Positions 18,484-33,177 of a stretch of 64,000 nt of DNA are shown piece after piece. Position numbers and translations under genes: made by a program. The stretch is taken from the NCBI RefSeq assembly GCF_044324785.1, contig NZ_CP172127.1, one strand, 5' to 3'. Within the stretch, counting starts at the first letter, position 1; each line of letters starts with the position of its first letter. The notes under the pieces were generated by a model. That model was given only the letters and a program-made list of their open reading frames with translations, was not told the origin of the DNA and did not search any database. Source of the DNA: Escherichia coli (GTDB lineage Bacteria > Pseudomonadota > Gammaproteobacteria > Enterobacterales > Enterobacteriaceae).

Positions 18484-19077
18484 TTACCCCTTCATCCACA
18501 TTCGAATCCCGTCGAGGAACATCTGGGTTGCCATCATCACCAGAATCAATCCCATCAGGCGTTCAAGTGCATTCACCCCTTTCTCGCCGAGCAGACGTAA
18601 AAATAGCGAAGACTGTAGCAGGATGACAAAGGTGCCACCCCAGGCCAGCAGCAGAGCAATTACCAGATGTCCCATCTGATTCGGGTACTGATGAGACAAC
18701 AACATCAGCGTGGCGAGAATAGTCGGCCCGGCGACTAACGGAATTGCCAACGGCACGATAAACGGCTCTTCACCTGCCGGAAGCCCGCTGCTATTTCCTG
18801 AAGCACTGGGGAAAATCATCTTAATGGCGATCAGAAACAGAATGATGCCGCCAGAAATGGAGACGGTTTCTGCCCGCAGGCTAAGAAATGCCAGAATTTT
18901 CTCACCCGCAAACAGGAACACCAGCATCACCAGGAGAGCAATAAGCAACTCTCGCACCATGATTGCCCGCCGTCTTTTCGGTTCAGTATGTTTCAGTACG
19001 GACATGAAAATAGGTAGGTTTCCGAGCGGATCCATAATCAGGATCAATAAAACTGCTGCAGAAATGATTTCATTCAT
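18484..19077 (-). CDS. yhgN: MarC-family inner membrane protein
   Basis: 197 aa polytopic ORF, conserved position beside asd. Confidence 0.85.
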   Translation of the reverse strand: MNEIISAAVLLILIMDPLGNLPIFMSVLKHTEPKRRRAIMVRELLIALLVMLVFLFAGEKILAFLSLRAETVSISGGIILFLIAIKMIFPSASGNSSGLPAGEEPFIVPLAIPLVAGPTILATLMLLSHQYPNQMGHLVIALLLAWGGTFVILLQSSLFLRLLGEKGVNALERLMGLILVMMATQMFLDGIRMWMKG

Positions 19078-19268
19078 AACTCAAATTCCCTGATAATTGC
19101 CGCGGACTTTCTGCGTGCTAACAAAGCAGGATAAGTCGCATTACTGATGGCTTCGCTATCATTGATTAATTTCACTTGCGACTTTGGCTGCTTTTTGTAT
19201 GGTGAAAGATGTGCCAAGAGGAGACCGGCACATTTATACAGCACACATCTTTGCAGGAAAAAACGCTT

Positions 19269-20372
19269 ATGAAAAATGTTGGTTTTATCGGCTGGCGCGG
19301 TATGGTCGGCTCCGTTCTCATGCAACGCATGGTTGAAGAGCGCGACTTCGACGCCATTCGCCCTGTCTTCTTTTCTACTTCACAGCTTGGTCAGGCTGCG
19401 CCGTCTTTTGGCGGAACCACTGGCACACTTCAGGATGCCTTTGATCTGGAGGCGCTAAAGGCCCTCGATATCATTGTGACCTGTCAGGGCGGCGATTATA
19501 CCAACGAAATCTATCCAAAGCTTCGTGAAAGCGGATGGCAAGGTTACTGGATTGACGCAGCATCGTCTCTGCGCATGAAAGATGACGCCATCATCATTCT
19601 TGACCCCGTCAATCAGGACGTCATTACCGACGGATTAAATAATGGCATCAGGACTTTTGTTGGCGGTAACTGTACCGTAAGCCTGATGTTGATGTCGTTG
19701 GGTGGTTTATTCGCCAACGATCTTGTTGATTGGGTGTCCGTTGCAACCTACCAGGCCGCTTCCGGCGGTGGTGCGCGACATATGCGTGAGTTATTAACCC
19801 AGATGGGCCATCTGTATGGCCATGTGGCAGATGAACTCGCGACCCCGTCCTCTGCTATTCTCGATATCGAACGCAAAGTCACAACCTTAACCCGTAGCGG
19901 TGAGCTGCCGGTGGATAACTTTGGCGTGCCGCTGGCGGGTAGCCTGATTCCGTGGATCGACAAACAGCTCGATAACGGTCAGAGCCGCGAAGAGTGGAAA
20001 GGGCAGGCGGAAACCAACAAGATCCTCAACACATCTTCCGTAATTCCGGTAGATGGTTTATGTGTGCGTGTCGGGGCATTGCGCTGCCATAGCCAGGCAT
20101 TCACTATTAAATTGAAAAAAGATGTGTCTATTCCGACCGTGGAAGAACTGCTGGCTGCGCACAATCCGTGGGCGAAAGTCGTTCCGAACGATCGGGAAAT
20201 CACTATGCGTGAGCTAACCCCAGCTGCCGTTACCGGCACGCTGACCACGCCGGTAGGCCGTCTGCGTAAGCTGAATATGGGACCGGAGTTCCTGTCAGCC
20301 TTTACCGTGGGCGACCAGCTGCTGTGGGGGGCCGCGGAGCCGCTACGTCGGATGCTTCGTCAACTGGCGTAA
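19269..20372 (+). CDS. asd: aspartate-semialdehyde dehydrogenase
   Basis: 367 aa from [17 protein letters not shown]; upstream ATG 19209 is an extension. Confidence 0.92.
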
Positions 20373-20644
20373 TCTTTATTCATTAAATCTGGGGCGCGAT
20401 GCCGCCCCTGTTAGTGCGTAATACAGGAGTAAGCGCAGATGTTTCATGATTTACCGGGAGTTAAATAGAGCATTGGCTATTCTTTAAGGGTGGCTGAATA
20501 CATGAGTATTCACAGCCTTACCTGAAGTGAGGACGACGCAGAGAGGATGCACAGAGTGCTGCGCCGTTCAGGTCAAAAAAATGTCACAACCAGAAGTCAA
20601 AAATCCAGTTGGATGGGGTGACACAATAAAACAGGAAGACAAGC

Positions 20645-22831
20645 ATGTCCGATCGTATCGATAGAGACGTGATTAACGCGCTAATTGCAGGCCATTTTGC
20701 GGATCCTTTTTCCGTACTGGGGATGCATAAAACCACCGCGGGACTGGAAGTCCGTGCCCTTTTACCCGACGCTACCGATGTGTGGGTGATTGAACCGAAA
20801 ACCGGGCGCAAACTCGCAAAACTGGAGTGTCTCGACTCCCGTGGATTCTTTAGCGGTGTCATTCCGCGACGTAAGAATTTTTTCCGCTATCAGTTGGCTG
20901 TTGTCTGGCATGGTCAGCAAAACCTGATAGATGATCCTTACCGTTTTGGTCCGCTAATCCAGGAAATGGATGCCTGGCTATTATCTGAAGGTACTCACCT
21001 GCGCCCGTATGAAACCTTAGGCGCGCATGCAGATACTATGGATGGCGTCACAGGTACGCGTTTTTCTGTCTGGGCTCCAAACGCCCGTCGGGTCTCGGTG
21101 GTTGGGCAATTCAACTACTGGGACGGTCGCCGTCATCCGATGCGCCTGCGTAAAGAGAGCGGCATCTGGGAACTGTTTATCCCTGGGGCGCATAACGGTC
21201 AGCTCTATAAATATGAGATGATTGATGCCAATGGCAACTTGCGTCTGAAGTCCGACCCTTATGCCTTCGAAGCGCAAATGCGCCCGGAAACCGCGTCTCT
21301 TATTTGCGGGCTGCCGGAAAAGGTTGTGCAGACTGAAGAGCGCAAAAAAGCGAATCAGTTTGATGCGCCAATCTCTATTTATGAAGTTCACCTGGGCTCC
21401 TGGCGTCGCCACACCGACAACAATTTCTGGTTAAGCTACCGCGAGCTGGCCGATCAACTGGTGCCTTATGCTAAATGGATGGGCTTTACCCACCTCGAAC
21501 TGCTGCCCATTAACGAGCATCCGTTCGATGGCAGTTGGGGTTATCAGCCAACCGGCCTGTATGCACCGACCCGCCGTTTTGGTACCCGCGACGACTTCCG
21601 TTATTTCATTGATGCCGCACACGCAGCTGGTCTGAACGTGATTCTCGACTGGGTGCCAGGCCACTTCCCGACCGATGACTTTGCGCTTGCCAAATTTGAT
21701 GGCACGAACTTGTATGAACACAGCGATCCGCGCGAAGGCTATCATCAGGACTGGAATACGCTGATCTACAACTATGGTCGCCGTGAAGTCAGTAACTTCC
21801 TTGTCGGTAACGCGCTTTACTGGATCGAACGTTTTGGTATTGATGCGCTGCGCGTCGATGCGGTGGCGTCAATGATTTATCGTGACTACAGCCGTAAAGA
21901 GGGGGAGTGGATCCCGAACGAATTTGGCGGGCGCGAGAATCTTGAAGCGATTGAATTCTTGCGTAATACCAACCGTATTCTTGGTGAGCAGGTTTCCGGT
22001 GCGGTGACAATGGCGGAGGAGTCTACCGATTTCCCTGGCGTTTCTCGTCCGCAGGACATGGGCGGTCTGGGCTTCTGGTACAAGTGGAACCTAGGCTGGA
22101 TGCATGACACCCTGGACTACATGAAGCTCGACCCGGTTTATCGTCAGTATCATCACGATAAACTGACCTTCGGGATGCTCTACAACTACACTGAAAACTT
22201 CGTCCTGCCGTTGTCGCATGATGAAGTGGTCCACGGTAAAAAATCGATTCTCGACCGGATGCCGGGCGACGCATGGCAGAAATTCGCTAACCTGCGCGCC
22301 TACTACGGCTGGATGTGGGCATTCCCGGGCAAGAAACTGCTGTTCATGGGGAACGAATTTGCCCAGGGCCGCGAGTGGAACCATGACGCCAGCCTCGACT
22401 GGCATCTGTTGGAAGGCGGCGATAACTGGCACCACGGTGTCCAGCGTCTGGTGCGCGATCTGAACCTCACCTACCGCCACCATAAAGCGATGCATGAACT
22501 GGATTTTGACCCGTACGGTTTTGAATGGCTGGTGGTGGATGACAAAGAACGCTCGGTGCTGATCTTTGTGCGTCGCGATAAAGAGGGTAACGAAATCATC
22601 GTTGCCAGTAACTTTACTCCGGTGCCGCGTCATGATTATCGCTTCGGCATTAACCAGCCGGGCAAATGGCGTGAAATCCTCAATACCGATTCCATGCACT
22701 ATCACGGCAGTAATGTCGGCAATGGCGGCACGGTACACAGCGATGAGATTGCCAGCCACGGTCGTCAGCATTCATTAAGCCTGACACTACCACCGCTGGC
22801 CACTATCTGGCTGGTTCGGGAGGCAGAATGA
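20645..22831 (+). CDS. glgB: 1,4-alpha-glucan branching enzyme
   Basis: 728 aa, GH13 motifs. Confidence 0.93.
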   Translation: MSDRIDRDVINALIAGHFADPFSVLGMHKTTAGLEVRALLPDATDVWVIEPKTGRKLAKLECLDSRGFFSGVIPRRKNFFRYQLAVVWHGQQNLIDDPYRFGPLIQEMDAWLLSEGTHLRPYETLGAHADTMDGVTGTRFSVWAPNARRVSVVGQFNYWDGRRHPMRLRKESGIWELFIPGAHNGQLYKYEMIDANGNLRLKSDPYAFEAQMRPETASLICGLPEKVVQTEERKKANQFDAPISIYEVHLGSWRRHTDNNFWLSYRELADQLVPYAKWMGFTHLELLPINEHPFDGSWGYQPTGLYAPTRRFGTRDDFRYFIDAAHAAGLNVILDWVPGHFPTDDFALAKFDGTNLYEHSDPREGYHQDWNTLIYNYGRREVSNFLVGNALYWIERFGIDALRVDAVASMIYRDYSRKEGEWIPNEFGGRENLEAIEFLRNTNRILGEQVSGAVTMAEESTDFPGVSRPQDMGGLGFWYKWNLGWMHDTLDYMKLDPVYRQYHHDKLTFGMLYNYTENFVLPLSHDEVVHGKKSILDRMPGDAWQKFANLRAYYGWMWAFPGKKLLFMGNEFAQGREWNHDASLDWHLLEGGDNWHHGVQRLVRDLNLTYRHHKAMHELDFDPYGFEWLVVDDKERSVLIFVRRDKEGNEIIVASNFTPVPRHDYRFGINQPGKWREILNTDSMHYHGSNVGNGGTVHSDEIASHGRQHSLSLTLPPLATIWLVREAE

Positions 22832-24801
22832 CACAACTCGCCATTGGCAAACCCGCACCCCTCGGCGCGCATTACGACGGTCAGGGCGTCAACTTCACAC
22901 TTTTCTCCGCTCATGCCGAGCGGGTAGAACTGTGTGTCTTTGACGCCAATGGCCAGGAACATCGCTATGACTTGCCAGGGCACAGTGGCGACATTTGGCA
23001 CGGTTATCTGCCGGATGCGCGCCCGGGTTTGCGTTATGGTTATCGCGTTCATGGCCCCTGGCAACCCGCCGAGGGGCATCGCTTTAACCCGGCGAAGTTG
23101 TTGATTGATCCTTGCGCGCGGCAAATTGACGGGGAATTTAAAGATAACCCGCTGCTGCACGCCGGTCATAATGAACCTGACTATCGCGACAACGCCGCCA
23201 TTGCGCCGAAATGCGTAGTGGTGGTTGATCACTATGACTGGGAGGATGATGCTCCGCCGCGCACGCCGTGGGGCAGTACCATCATTTATGAAGCCCATGT
23301 CAAAGGATTAACGTACCTGCACCCGGAGATCCCGGTCGAGATCCGTGGCACTTATAAAGCCCTGGGGCATCCGGTGATGATCAACTATTTGAAACAGTTG
23401 GGCATTACCGCGCTGGAACTGCTGCCGGTGGCGCAGTTTGCCAGCGAACCACGCCTGCAACGTATGGGTCTAAGTAACTACTGGGGTTATAACCCGGTGG
23501 CGATGTTTGCGCTGCATCCGGCGTATGCCTGCTCCCCAGAAACGGCGCTTGATGAGTTTCGCGATGCAATCAAAGCACTGCATAAAGCGGGTATCGAAGT
23601 CATTCTTGATATCGTGCTCAACCATAGTGCGGAACTGGACCTCGACGGCCCGTTATTCTCTCTGCGTGGGATCGACAACCGTAGCTATTATTGGATAAGA
23701 GAAGACGGCGATTATCACAACTGGACCGGTTGTGGCAACACGCTCAATTTGAGTCATCCGGCGGTGGTGGATTATGCCAGCGCCTGCCTGCGTTATTGGG
23801 TAGAAACCTGCCACGTCGATGGTTTCCGCTTTGATCTGGCGGCAGTCATGGGCCGTACGCCAGAGTTTCGTCAGGATGCGCCGTTGTTTACCGCTATCCA
23901 GAACTGCCCGGTGCTCTCGCAGGTGAAGTTAATTGCTGAACCGTGGGATATTGCTCCTGGTGGTTATCAGGTGGGAAATTTCCCACCGCTGTTTGCCGAG
24001 TGGAACGATCATTTCCGCGATGCTGCCCGTCGTTTCTGGCTTCATTATGATTTGCCTCTGGGGGCGTTTGCCGGGCGTTTTGCTGCCTCCAGCGATGTTT
24101 TTAAACGTAATGGTCGTCTGCCGAGTGCCGCGATTAATCTCGTCACCGCGCATGACGGTTTTACGCTTCGCGACTGCGTTTGCTTCAACCATAAACATAA
24201 TGAAGCAAACGGAGAAGAAAATCGCGACGGGACCAACAACAATTACAGTAACAATCATGGTAAAGAAGGGTTAGGCGGTACTCTTGACCTGGTTGAACGG
24301 CGTCGCGACAGCATTCACGCCCTGTTAACAACGTTGTTGCTCTCCCAGGGTACGCCGATGTTACTGGCCGGTGACGAACATGGTCACAGCCAGCATGGCA
24401 ATAACAATGCCTACTGTCAGGATAACCAATTAACCTGGTTGGACTGGTCGCAGGCAAGCAGTGGTTTAACCGCATTTACCGCCGCGTTAATCCATCTGCG
24501 CAAGCGCATTCCCGCTTTGGTGGAGAATCGCTGGTGGGAAGAAGGCGACGGCAATGTCCGTTGGCTAAATCGATATGCTCAACCTTTAAGCACGGATGAG
24601 TGGCAAAACGGGCCGAAACAGCTGCAAATTCTGCTCTCGGATCGCTTTTTGATCGCAATTAACGCCACGCTTGAGGTAACAGAGATTGTTTTACCTGCTG
24701 GGGAGTGGCACGCCATTCCCCCATTCGCTGGAGAGGATAACCCAGTGATTACGGCTGTCTGGCAGGGACCTGCACACGGATTGTGTGTGTTCCAGAGATG
24801 A
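22828..24801 (+). CDS. glgX: glycogen debranching enzyme
   Basis: 657 aa, ATGA overlap with glgB. Confidence 0.93.
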
Positions 24802-24818
24802 TAAAAAAGGAGTTAGTC

Positions 24819-26114
24819 ATGGTTAGTTTAGAGAAGAACGATCACTTAATGTTGGCGCGCCAGCTGCCATTGAAATCTGTTGCCCTGATACTGGCGGGAG
24901 GACGTGGTACCCGCCTGAAGGATTTAACCAATAAGCGAGCAAAACCGGCCGTACACTTCGGCGGTAAGTTCCGCATTATCGACTTTGCGCTGTCTAACTG
25001 CATCAACTCCGGGATCCGTCGTATGGGCGTGATCACCCAGTACCAGTCCCACACTCTGGTGCAGCACATTCAGCGCGGCTGGTCATTCTTCAATGAAGAA
25101 ATGAACGAGTTTGTCGATCTGCTGCCAGCACAGCAGAGAATGAAAGGGGAAAACTGGTATCGCGGCACCGCAGATGCAGTTACCCAAAACCTCGACATTA
25201 TCCGCCGTTATAAAGCGGAATACGTGGTGATCCTGGCGGGCGACCATATCTACAAGCAAGACTACTCGCGTATGCTTATCGACCACGTCGAAAAAGGCGC
25301 ACGTTGCACCGTTGCTTGTATGCCAGTACCGATTGAAGAAGCCTCCGCATTTGGCGTTATGGCGGTTGATGAGAACGATAAAATTATCGAATTCGTTGAA
25401 AAACCAGCTAACCCGCCGTCAATGCCGAACGATCCGAGCAAATCTCTGGCGAGTATGGGTATCTACGTCTTTGACGCCGACTATCTGTATGAACTGCTGG
25501 AAGAAGACGATCGCGATGAGAACTCCAGCCACGACTTTGGCAAAGATTTGATTCCCAAGATCACCGAAGCCGGTCTGGCCTATGCGCACCCGTTCCCGCT
25601 CTCTTGCGTACAATCCGACCCGGATGCCGAGCCGTACTGGCGCGATGTGGGTACGCTGGAAGCTTACTGGAAAGCGAACCTCGATCTGGCCTCTGTGGTG
25701 CCGGAACTGGATATGTACGATCGCAATTGGCCAATTCGCACCTACAATGAATCATTACCGCCAGCGAAATTCGTGCAGGATCGCTCCGGTAGCCACGGGA
25801 TGACCCTTAACTCACTGGTATCCGGCGGTTGTGTGATCTCCGGTTCGGTGGTGGTGCAGTCCGTTCTGTTCTCGCGCGTTCGCGTGAATTCATTCTGCAA
25901 CATTGATTCCGCCGTATTGTTACCGGAAGTATGGGTAGGTCGCTCGTGCCGTCTGCGCCGCTGCGTCATCGATCGTGCTTGTGTTATTCCGGAAGGCATG
26001 GTGATTGGTGAAAACGCAGAGGAAGATGCACGTCGTTTCTATCGTTCAGAAGAAGGCATCGTGCTGGTAACGCGCGAAATGCTACGGAAGTTAGGGCATA
26101 AACAGGAGCGATAA
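24819..26114 (+). CDS. glgC: glucose-1-phosphate adenylyltransferase
   Basis: 431 aa from [17 protein letters not shown]; GGRGTRL motif. Confidence 0.93.
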
Positions 26115-27547
26115 TGCAGGTTTTACATGTATGTTCAGAGATGTTCCCGCTGCTTAAAACCGGCGGTCTGGCTGATGTTATTGGGGCATTACCCGCAGCA
26201 CAAATCGCAGATGGCGTTGACGCTCGCGTACTGTTGCCTGCATTTCCCGATATTCGCCGTGGCGTGACCGATGCGCAGGTAGTATCCCGTCGTGATACCT
26301 TCGCCGGACATATCACGCTGTTGTTCGGTCATTACAACGGGGTTGGCATTTACCTGATTGACGCGCCGCATCTCTATGATCGTCCGGGAAGCCCGTATCA
26401 CGATACCAACTTATTTGCCTATACCGACAACGTATTGCGTTTTGCGCTGCTGGGGTGGGTTGGGGCAGAAATGGCCAGCGGGCTTGACCCATTCTGGCGT
26501 CCTGATGTGGTGCATGCGCACGACTGGCATGCAGGCCTTGCGCCTGCGTATCTGGCGGCGCGCGGGCGTCCGGCGAAGTCGGTGTTTACTGTGCACAACC
26601 TGGCCTATCAAGGCATGTTTTATGCACATCACATGAATGACATCCAATTGCCATGGTCATTCTTTAATATTCATGGGCTGGAATTCAACGGACAAATCTC
26701 TTTTCTGAAGGCCGGTCTGTACTATGCCGATCACATTACGGCAGTCAGTCCAACCTACGCTCGCGAGATCACCGAACCGCAGTTTGCCTACGGTATGGAA
26801 GGTCTGTTGCAACAGCGTCACCGTGAAGGGCGTCTTTCCGGCGTACTGAACGGCGTGGACGAGAAAATCTGGAGTCCAGAGACGGACTTACTGTTGGCCT
26901 CGCGTTACACCCGCGATACGTTGGAAGATAAAGCGGAAAATAAGCGCCAGTTACAAATCGCAATGGGGCTTAAGGTTGACGATAAAGTGCCGCTTTTTGC
27001 AGTGGTGAGCCGTCTGAGCAGCCAGAAAGGTCTCGACCTGGTGCTGGAGGCCTTACCGGGTCTTCTGGAGCAGGGCGGGCAACTGGCGCTACTCGGCGCG
27101 GGCGATCCTGTGCTGCAGGAAGGTTTCCTTGCGGCGGCAGCGGAATACCCCGGCCAGGTGGGCGTTCAGATTGGCTATCACGAAGCATTTTCGCATCGCA
27201 TTATGGGCGGCGCGGACGTCATTCTGGTGCCCAGCCGTTTTGAACCGTGCGGCTTAACGCAACTTTATGGATTGAAGTACGGTACGCTGCCGTTAGTGCG
27301 GCGCACCGGTGGGCTTGCTGATACGGTTTCTGACTGTTCTCTTGAGAACCTTGCAGATGGCGTCGCCAGTGGGTTTGTCTTTGAAGATAGTAATGCCTGG
27401 TCGCTGTTACGGGCTATTCGACGTGCTTTTGTACTGTGGTCCCGTCCTTCACTGTGGCGGTTTGTGCAACGTCAGGCTATGGCAATGGATTTTAGCTGGC
27501 AGGTCGCGGCGAAGTCGTACCGTGAGCTTTACTATCGCTTGAAATAG
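26114..27547 (+). CDS. glgA: glycogen synthase
   Basis: 477 aa, [22 protein letters not shown]; TAATG overlap with glgC. Confidence 0.93.
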   Translation: MQVLHVCSEMFPLLKTGGLADVIGALPAAQIADGVDARVLLPAFPDIRRGVTDAQVVSRRDTFAGHITLLFGHYNGVGIYLIDAPHLYDRPGSPYHDTNLFAYTDNVLRFALLGWVGAEMASGLDPFWRPDVVHAHDWHAGLAPAYLAARGRPAKSVFTVHNLAYQGMFYAHHMNDIQLPWSFFNIHGLEFNGQISFLKAGLYYADHITAVSPTYAREITEPQFAYGMEGLLQQRHREGRLSGVLNGVDEKIWSPETDLLLASRYTRDTLEDKAENKRQLQIAMGLKVDDKVPLFAVVSRLSSQKGLDLVLEALPGLLEQGGQLALLGAGDPVLQEGFLAAAAEYPGQVGVQIGYHEAFSHRIMGGADVILVPSRFEPCGLTQLYGLKYGTLPLVRRTGGLADTVSDCSLENLADGVASGFVFEDSNAWSLLRAIRRAFVLWSRPSLWRFVQRQAMAMDFSWQVAAKSYRELYYRLK

Positions 27548-30013
<2,466 letters not shown>

Positions 30014-30030
30014 TTTCACTAATAAATAGA

Positions 30031-30056
30031 ACGGGGCCAAAGGGTCCCGTTTTTTT
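30031..30056 (+). terminator. rho-independent terminator after glgP
   Basis: acgggg..cccgt stem followed by tttttt. Confidence 0.7.
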
Positions 30057-30128
30057 CGCCATCATTTCGGAAAAGTGTCCAGAAGGGGCAAGGGGACTCG
30101 GGGAGTATAATTTTGCCATTCAGAAAGA

Positions 30129-31646
30129 ATGGAAAGAATAATGCAAAACAGAAAATGGATTTTGACCTCGCTGGTAATGACTTTTTTCGGCATCCCCATT
30201 CTGGCGCAGTTTTTGGCGGCGGTTATTGCCATGCTGGGGGCCGGGCTTGCCGCTATTCTTGAGTTTTGCAATTTACTCTTTACGCCAACAATTTATCTTC
30301 TACTCAACGTCTTTATGCTGACGCTGGGCGCATTACTGCTATTTTTCTCTGGGCGAGTGTGGGCGGGCGATAACGCACCAGAAAACAGAGAAATAGCCGC
30401 CTGGCGACAATGTCTTTTTTTAGTTCCCGCTTTATTAACCCTGGTTGGCTGGATAATCACGCTACATCTGGCAGATTATCAATTTCGCCAGATGGTTTCA
30501 GGTTGGTTGGCAGATCTTATGCTTCCCTGGCTGGGTGTTTTGTTAGTCTCATTAGTCGGTGGTGAGTACTGGTGGATAGTCATTATTCCCGTTGGAACGC
30601 ATATCATTTTTTCGCTGGGATACGGCTGGCCGACAAGGCATCCTTTAACCGGCACGTCCGGGCTACGTTGCCGTAACTTACTCCTGTTTCTACTTCTCTT
30701 ACTTGGTATTGTCGCTGGGTATCAGGCCCATTTATATAAGCAGCATAACCCTGGTGTTGGTGTACGCGAAAATATTGATATCTGGGCCTGGCGACCCGAT
30801 AAACTCAATAATCGACTGACGCCGCTGCGTGGCAAACCGCAAATTCAGTTTACGCAAAACTGGCCGCGAATCGATGGTGCCACGGCGGCGTACCCAATTT
30901 ATGCTTCTGCCTTTTATGCGTTAAGCATAATACCAGAGGATTTTCACGTTTGGGATTATCTGGATAACTCTCGTACGCCAGAAGCATATAACAAAATCGT
31001 TAAGGGCGATGCTGATATTATTTTCGTGGCGCAACCTTCCGGTGGGCAGAAAAAACGTGCAAAGGAATCTGGTGTCACTTTGCTGTACACCCCCTTTGCT
31101 CGTGAAGCATTTGTTTTTATCGTCAATGCTGATAATCCAGTCAATTCCCTGACTGAACAACAAGTGCGAGACATTTTTAGTGGCGCAATTACCAACTGGC
31201 GTACTGTGGGCGGTAACGATCAGGAGATCCAGACCTGGCAACGCCCGGAAGACTCTGGCAGTCAGACGGTGATGCAATTACAGGTCATGAAAAATGTCCG
31301 TATGATCTCGCCGCAGGAAACCGAAGTGGCAAGTGTGATGGAGGGAATGATTAAAGTCGTTGCCGAATACCGTAATACAAACAACGCAATAGGTTATACC
31401 TTCCGCTATTACGCAACACAAATGAATGCCGATAAGAATATCAAATTGTTAGCGATTAACGGTATTGCACCGACTGCGGAAAACATTCGCAATGGCAAAT
31501 ATCCCTATATCGTCGATGCCTTTATGGTAACGCGGGAAAATATGACGTCAGAAACACAAAAACTGGTTGAATGGTTTTTAACGCCGCAGGGGCAGAGTTT
31601 GGTAGAAGACGTGGGTTATGTGCCGATGTATAAAACGTTGCATTAA
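30129..31646 (+). CDS. membrane-anchored PstS-like (phosphate-binding-protein fold) substrate-binding domain protein
   Basis: 505 aa; about 200 aa N-terminal multi-TM region then PBP domain (AAYPIYASAFYAL, DIIFVAQPSGG, NPVNSLTEQQVRDIFSGAITNW, SGSQ); I recall only a short remnant (yzgL) at this position in K-12. Confidence 0.7.
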   Translation: MERIMQNRKWILTSLVMTFFGIPILAQFLAAVIAMLGAGLAAILEFCNLLFTPTIYLLLNVFMLTLGALLLFFSGRVWAGDNAPENREIAAWRQCLFLVPALLTLVGWIITLHLADYQFRQMVSGWLADLMLPWLGVLLVSLVGGEYWWIVIIPVGTHIIFSLGYGWPTRHPLTGTSGLRCRNLLLFLLLLLGIVAGYQAHLYKQHNPGVGVRENIDIWAWRPDKLNNRLTPLRGKPQIQFTQNWPRIDGATAAYPIYASAFYALSIIPEDFHVWDYLDNSRTPEAYNKIVKGDADIIFVAQPSGGQKKRAKESGVTLLYTPFAREAFVFIVNADNPVNSLTEQQVRDIFSGAITNWRTVGGNDQEIQTWQRPEDSGSQTVMQLQVMKNVRMISPQETEVASVMEGMIKVVAEYRNTNNAIGYTFRYYATQMNADKNIKLLAINGIAPTAENIRNGKYPYIVDAFMVTRENMTSETQKLVEWFLTPQGQSLVEDVGYVPMYKTLH

Positions 31647-31748
31647 GCAGGATTACAATATGGATATCATTAATATTTTCCTGAACGCGGCGAATGCCCT
31701 TTTTATCTATCAGCCGTTTATGCACGATCAGCGGGCGAGGGGGTAATT

Positions 31749-32516
31749 ATGCAACCCAGCCCCGCCATGCAGGCATTAATTGAGCAGGTTTATCATATTT
31801 TTCGTCGTTATCCGGTGCCGCAGCAATTTGTTGTTTGTTGTGAATATTGCCTGAGTCAACAGGAACAAAAAGCATTACGGAATACATCGTTGCGAGCGAT
31901 TCCTTATTCCTTAATCAATGCCTGGAATAGTAGTCCAGGACCTGATCCGCAAAACAGCGATGAGGTTCGTTATTTTCTGCCGCGTTTACTGGAATTTGTT
32001 GCACAGGGGCAGTTTGACAATATTCACGAAGTATTTTCTCTACGGCGTATAAACCTTGCCAGTAAAGAAAACTGGCGTGAGGATGAACGGGAAATTTTGC
32101 AACGATTTGCTTGCCAGTATATGACTGATTGGGTATCCGGCGATGAAATTGTCGAATTACAGTACATGCTGGAAATGTTTTTCCGTGCCGATATCGCTCT
32201 TTCGCCATTGCTTGATGCCATTATTTCAGTTCCCGGCTTTTGGTCGGCAGCGTCTCTTGCCTGTTTATTGAATACGTATCGTGACGGTTATATCAGAGAT
32301 AACCAGGACGATATCGATAAAGCCATTACCACTCAAACTAATACTTGGGCTAGTAATAATCAATCCATCCTGAAAGAACGCGCGCGGCAGGCGATTGAGA
32401 ACCCACTTAAGCAGCCCGAACAGGGCACACAGTATCAGATCTGGGAAGACGACTGGATGATTGATGAGTGTTTATGCGCGATGTATGACGCATCATCCGA
32501 ATCACCAGGAAAATAA
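31749..32516 (+). CDS. hypothetical cytoplasmic protein
   Basis: 255 aa ORF, no domain recognised by eye; tightly linked to the next gene. Confidence 0.55.
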   Translation: MQPSPAMQALIEQVYHIFRRYPVPQQFVVCCEYCLSQQEQKALRNTSLRAIPYSLINAWNSSPGPDPQNSDEVRYFLPRLLEFVAQGQFDNIHEVFSLRRINLASKENWREDEREILQRFACQYMTDWVSGDEIVELQYMLEMFFRADIALSPLLDAIISVPGFWSAASLACLLNTYRDGYIRDNQDDIDKAITTQTNTWASNNQSILKERARQAIENPLKQPEQGTQYQIWEDDWMIDECLCAMYDASSESPGK

Positions 32517-32518
32517 AA

Positions 32519-33124
32519 ATGATTAAATTCCGGCTTTATATTCCCCCTGTAATTCTCGGTTTTGTTATCGTGCCAGTATTGGTATGGCCGACGGTTATTG
32601 TCTTAGCCGTACTTATATTCATGTTAACTTTTCTGGCAGAAATAACATTCTCCTTTCCGCTCCTGGTTGTGCGTATTTCTCTTCAGGAATTACAACTTGA
32701 GTTAATGGTTGAATATGCATTTTTTTTCAGTGTAATGTGGGGCATCGGTTGGCAATTCTCCCGCAGAACGCCTCCTGAATTAAAAAACAGACTGCATTGC
32801 TGGCTGGTCTTTTCTCCGGCCTATTTCTGGTTAATTCTCTCGAATTTCATTCTTTATATTACTCCAGAGAAATCAGCGTTGCTGGAAAATATCCGAAACT
32901 TCTTTCTGACGTTTGTCTGGCTTCCCCTGAATTTTTCCCCTTTTTGGCCGCAGCCGTGGACTGATTTTGTCGGCCCGATTAGTGCACAGCTTGGTTTTGC
33001 ATTGGGATATTATTGCCAGTGGTGTAGCAAAAATAGAAGCCAGGGGCAGAAGTGGGTTGAGTGGGGAACGTGCTTAAGTTTGGCGATTTTAGCTCAGGGG
33101 CCGTTATTCAATTATTTACAATGA
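32519..33124 (+). CDS. hypothetical small membrane protein
   Basis: 201 aa, several hydrophobic helices, low GC, starts 2 bp after previous stop. Confidence 0.55.
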   Translation: MIKFRLYIPPVILGFVIVPVLVWPTVIVLAVLIFMLTFLAEITFSFPLLVVRISLQELQLELMVEYAFFFSVMWGIGWQFSRRTPPELKNRLHCWLVFSPAYFWLILSNFILYITPEKSALLENIRNFFLTFVWLPLNFSPFWPQPWTDFVGPISAQLGFALGYYCQWCSKNRSQGQKWVEWGTCLSLAILAQGPLFNYLQ

Positions 33125-33177
33125 ATAGTCTAAGGAATCCAAATAGCCCGGTTGCACTTCACAACCGGGCATCATCC

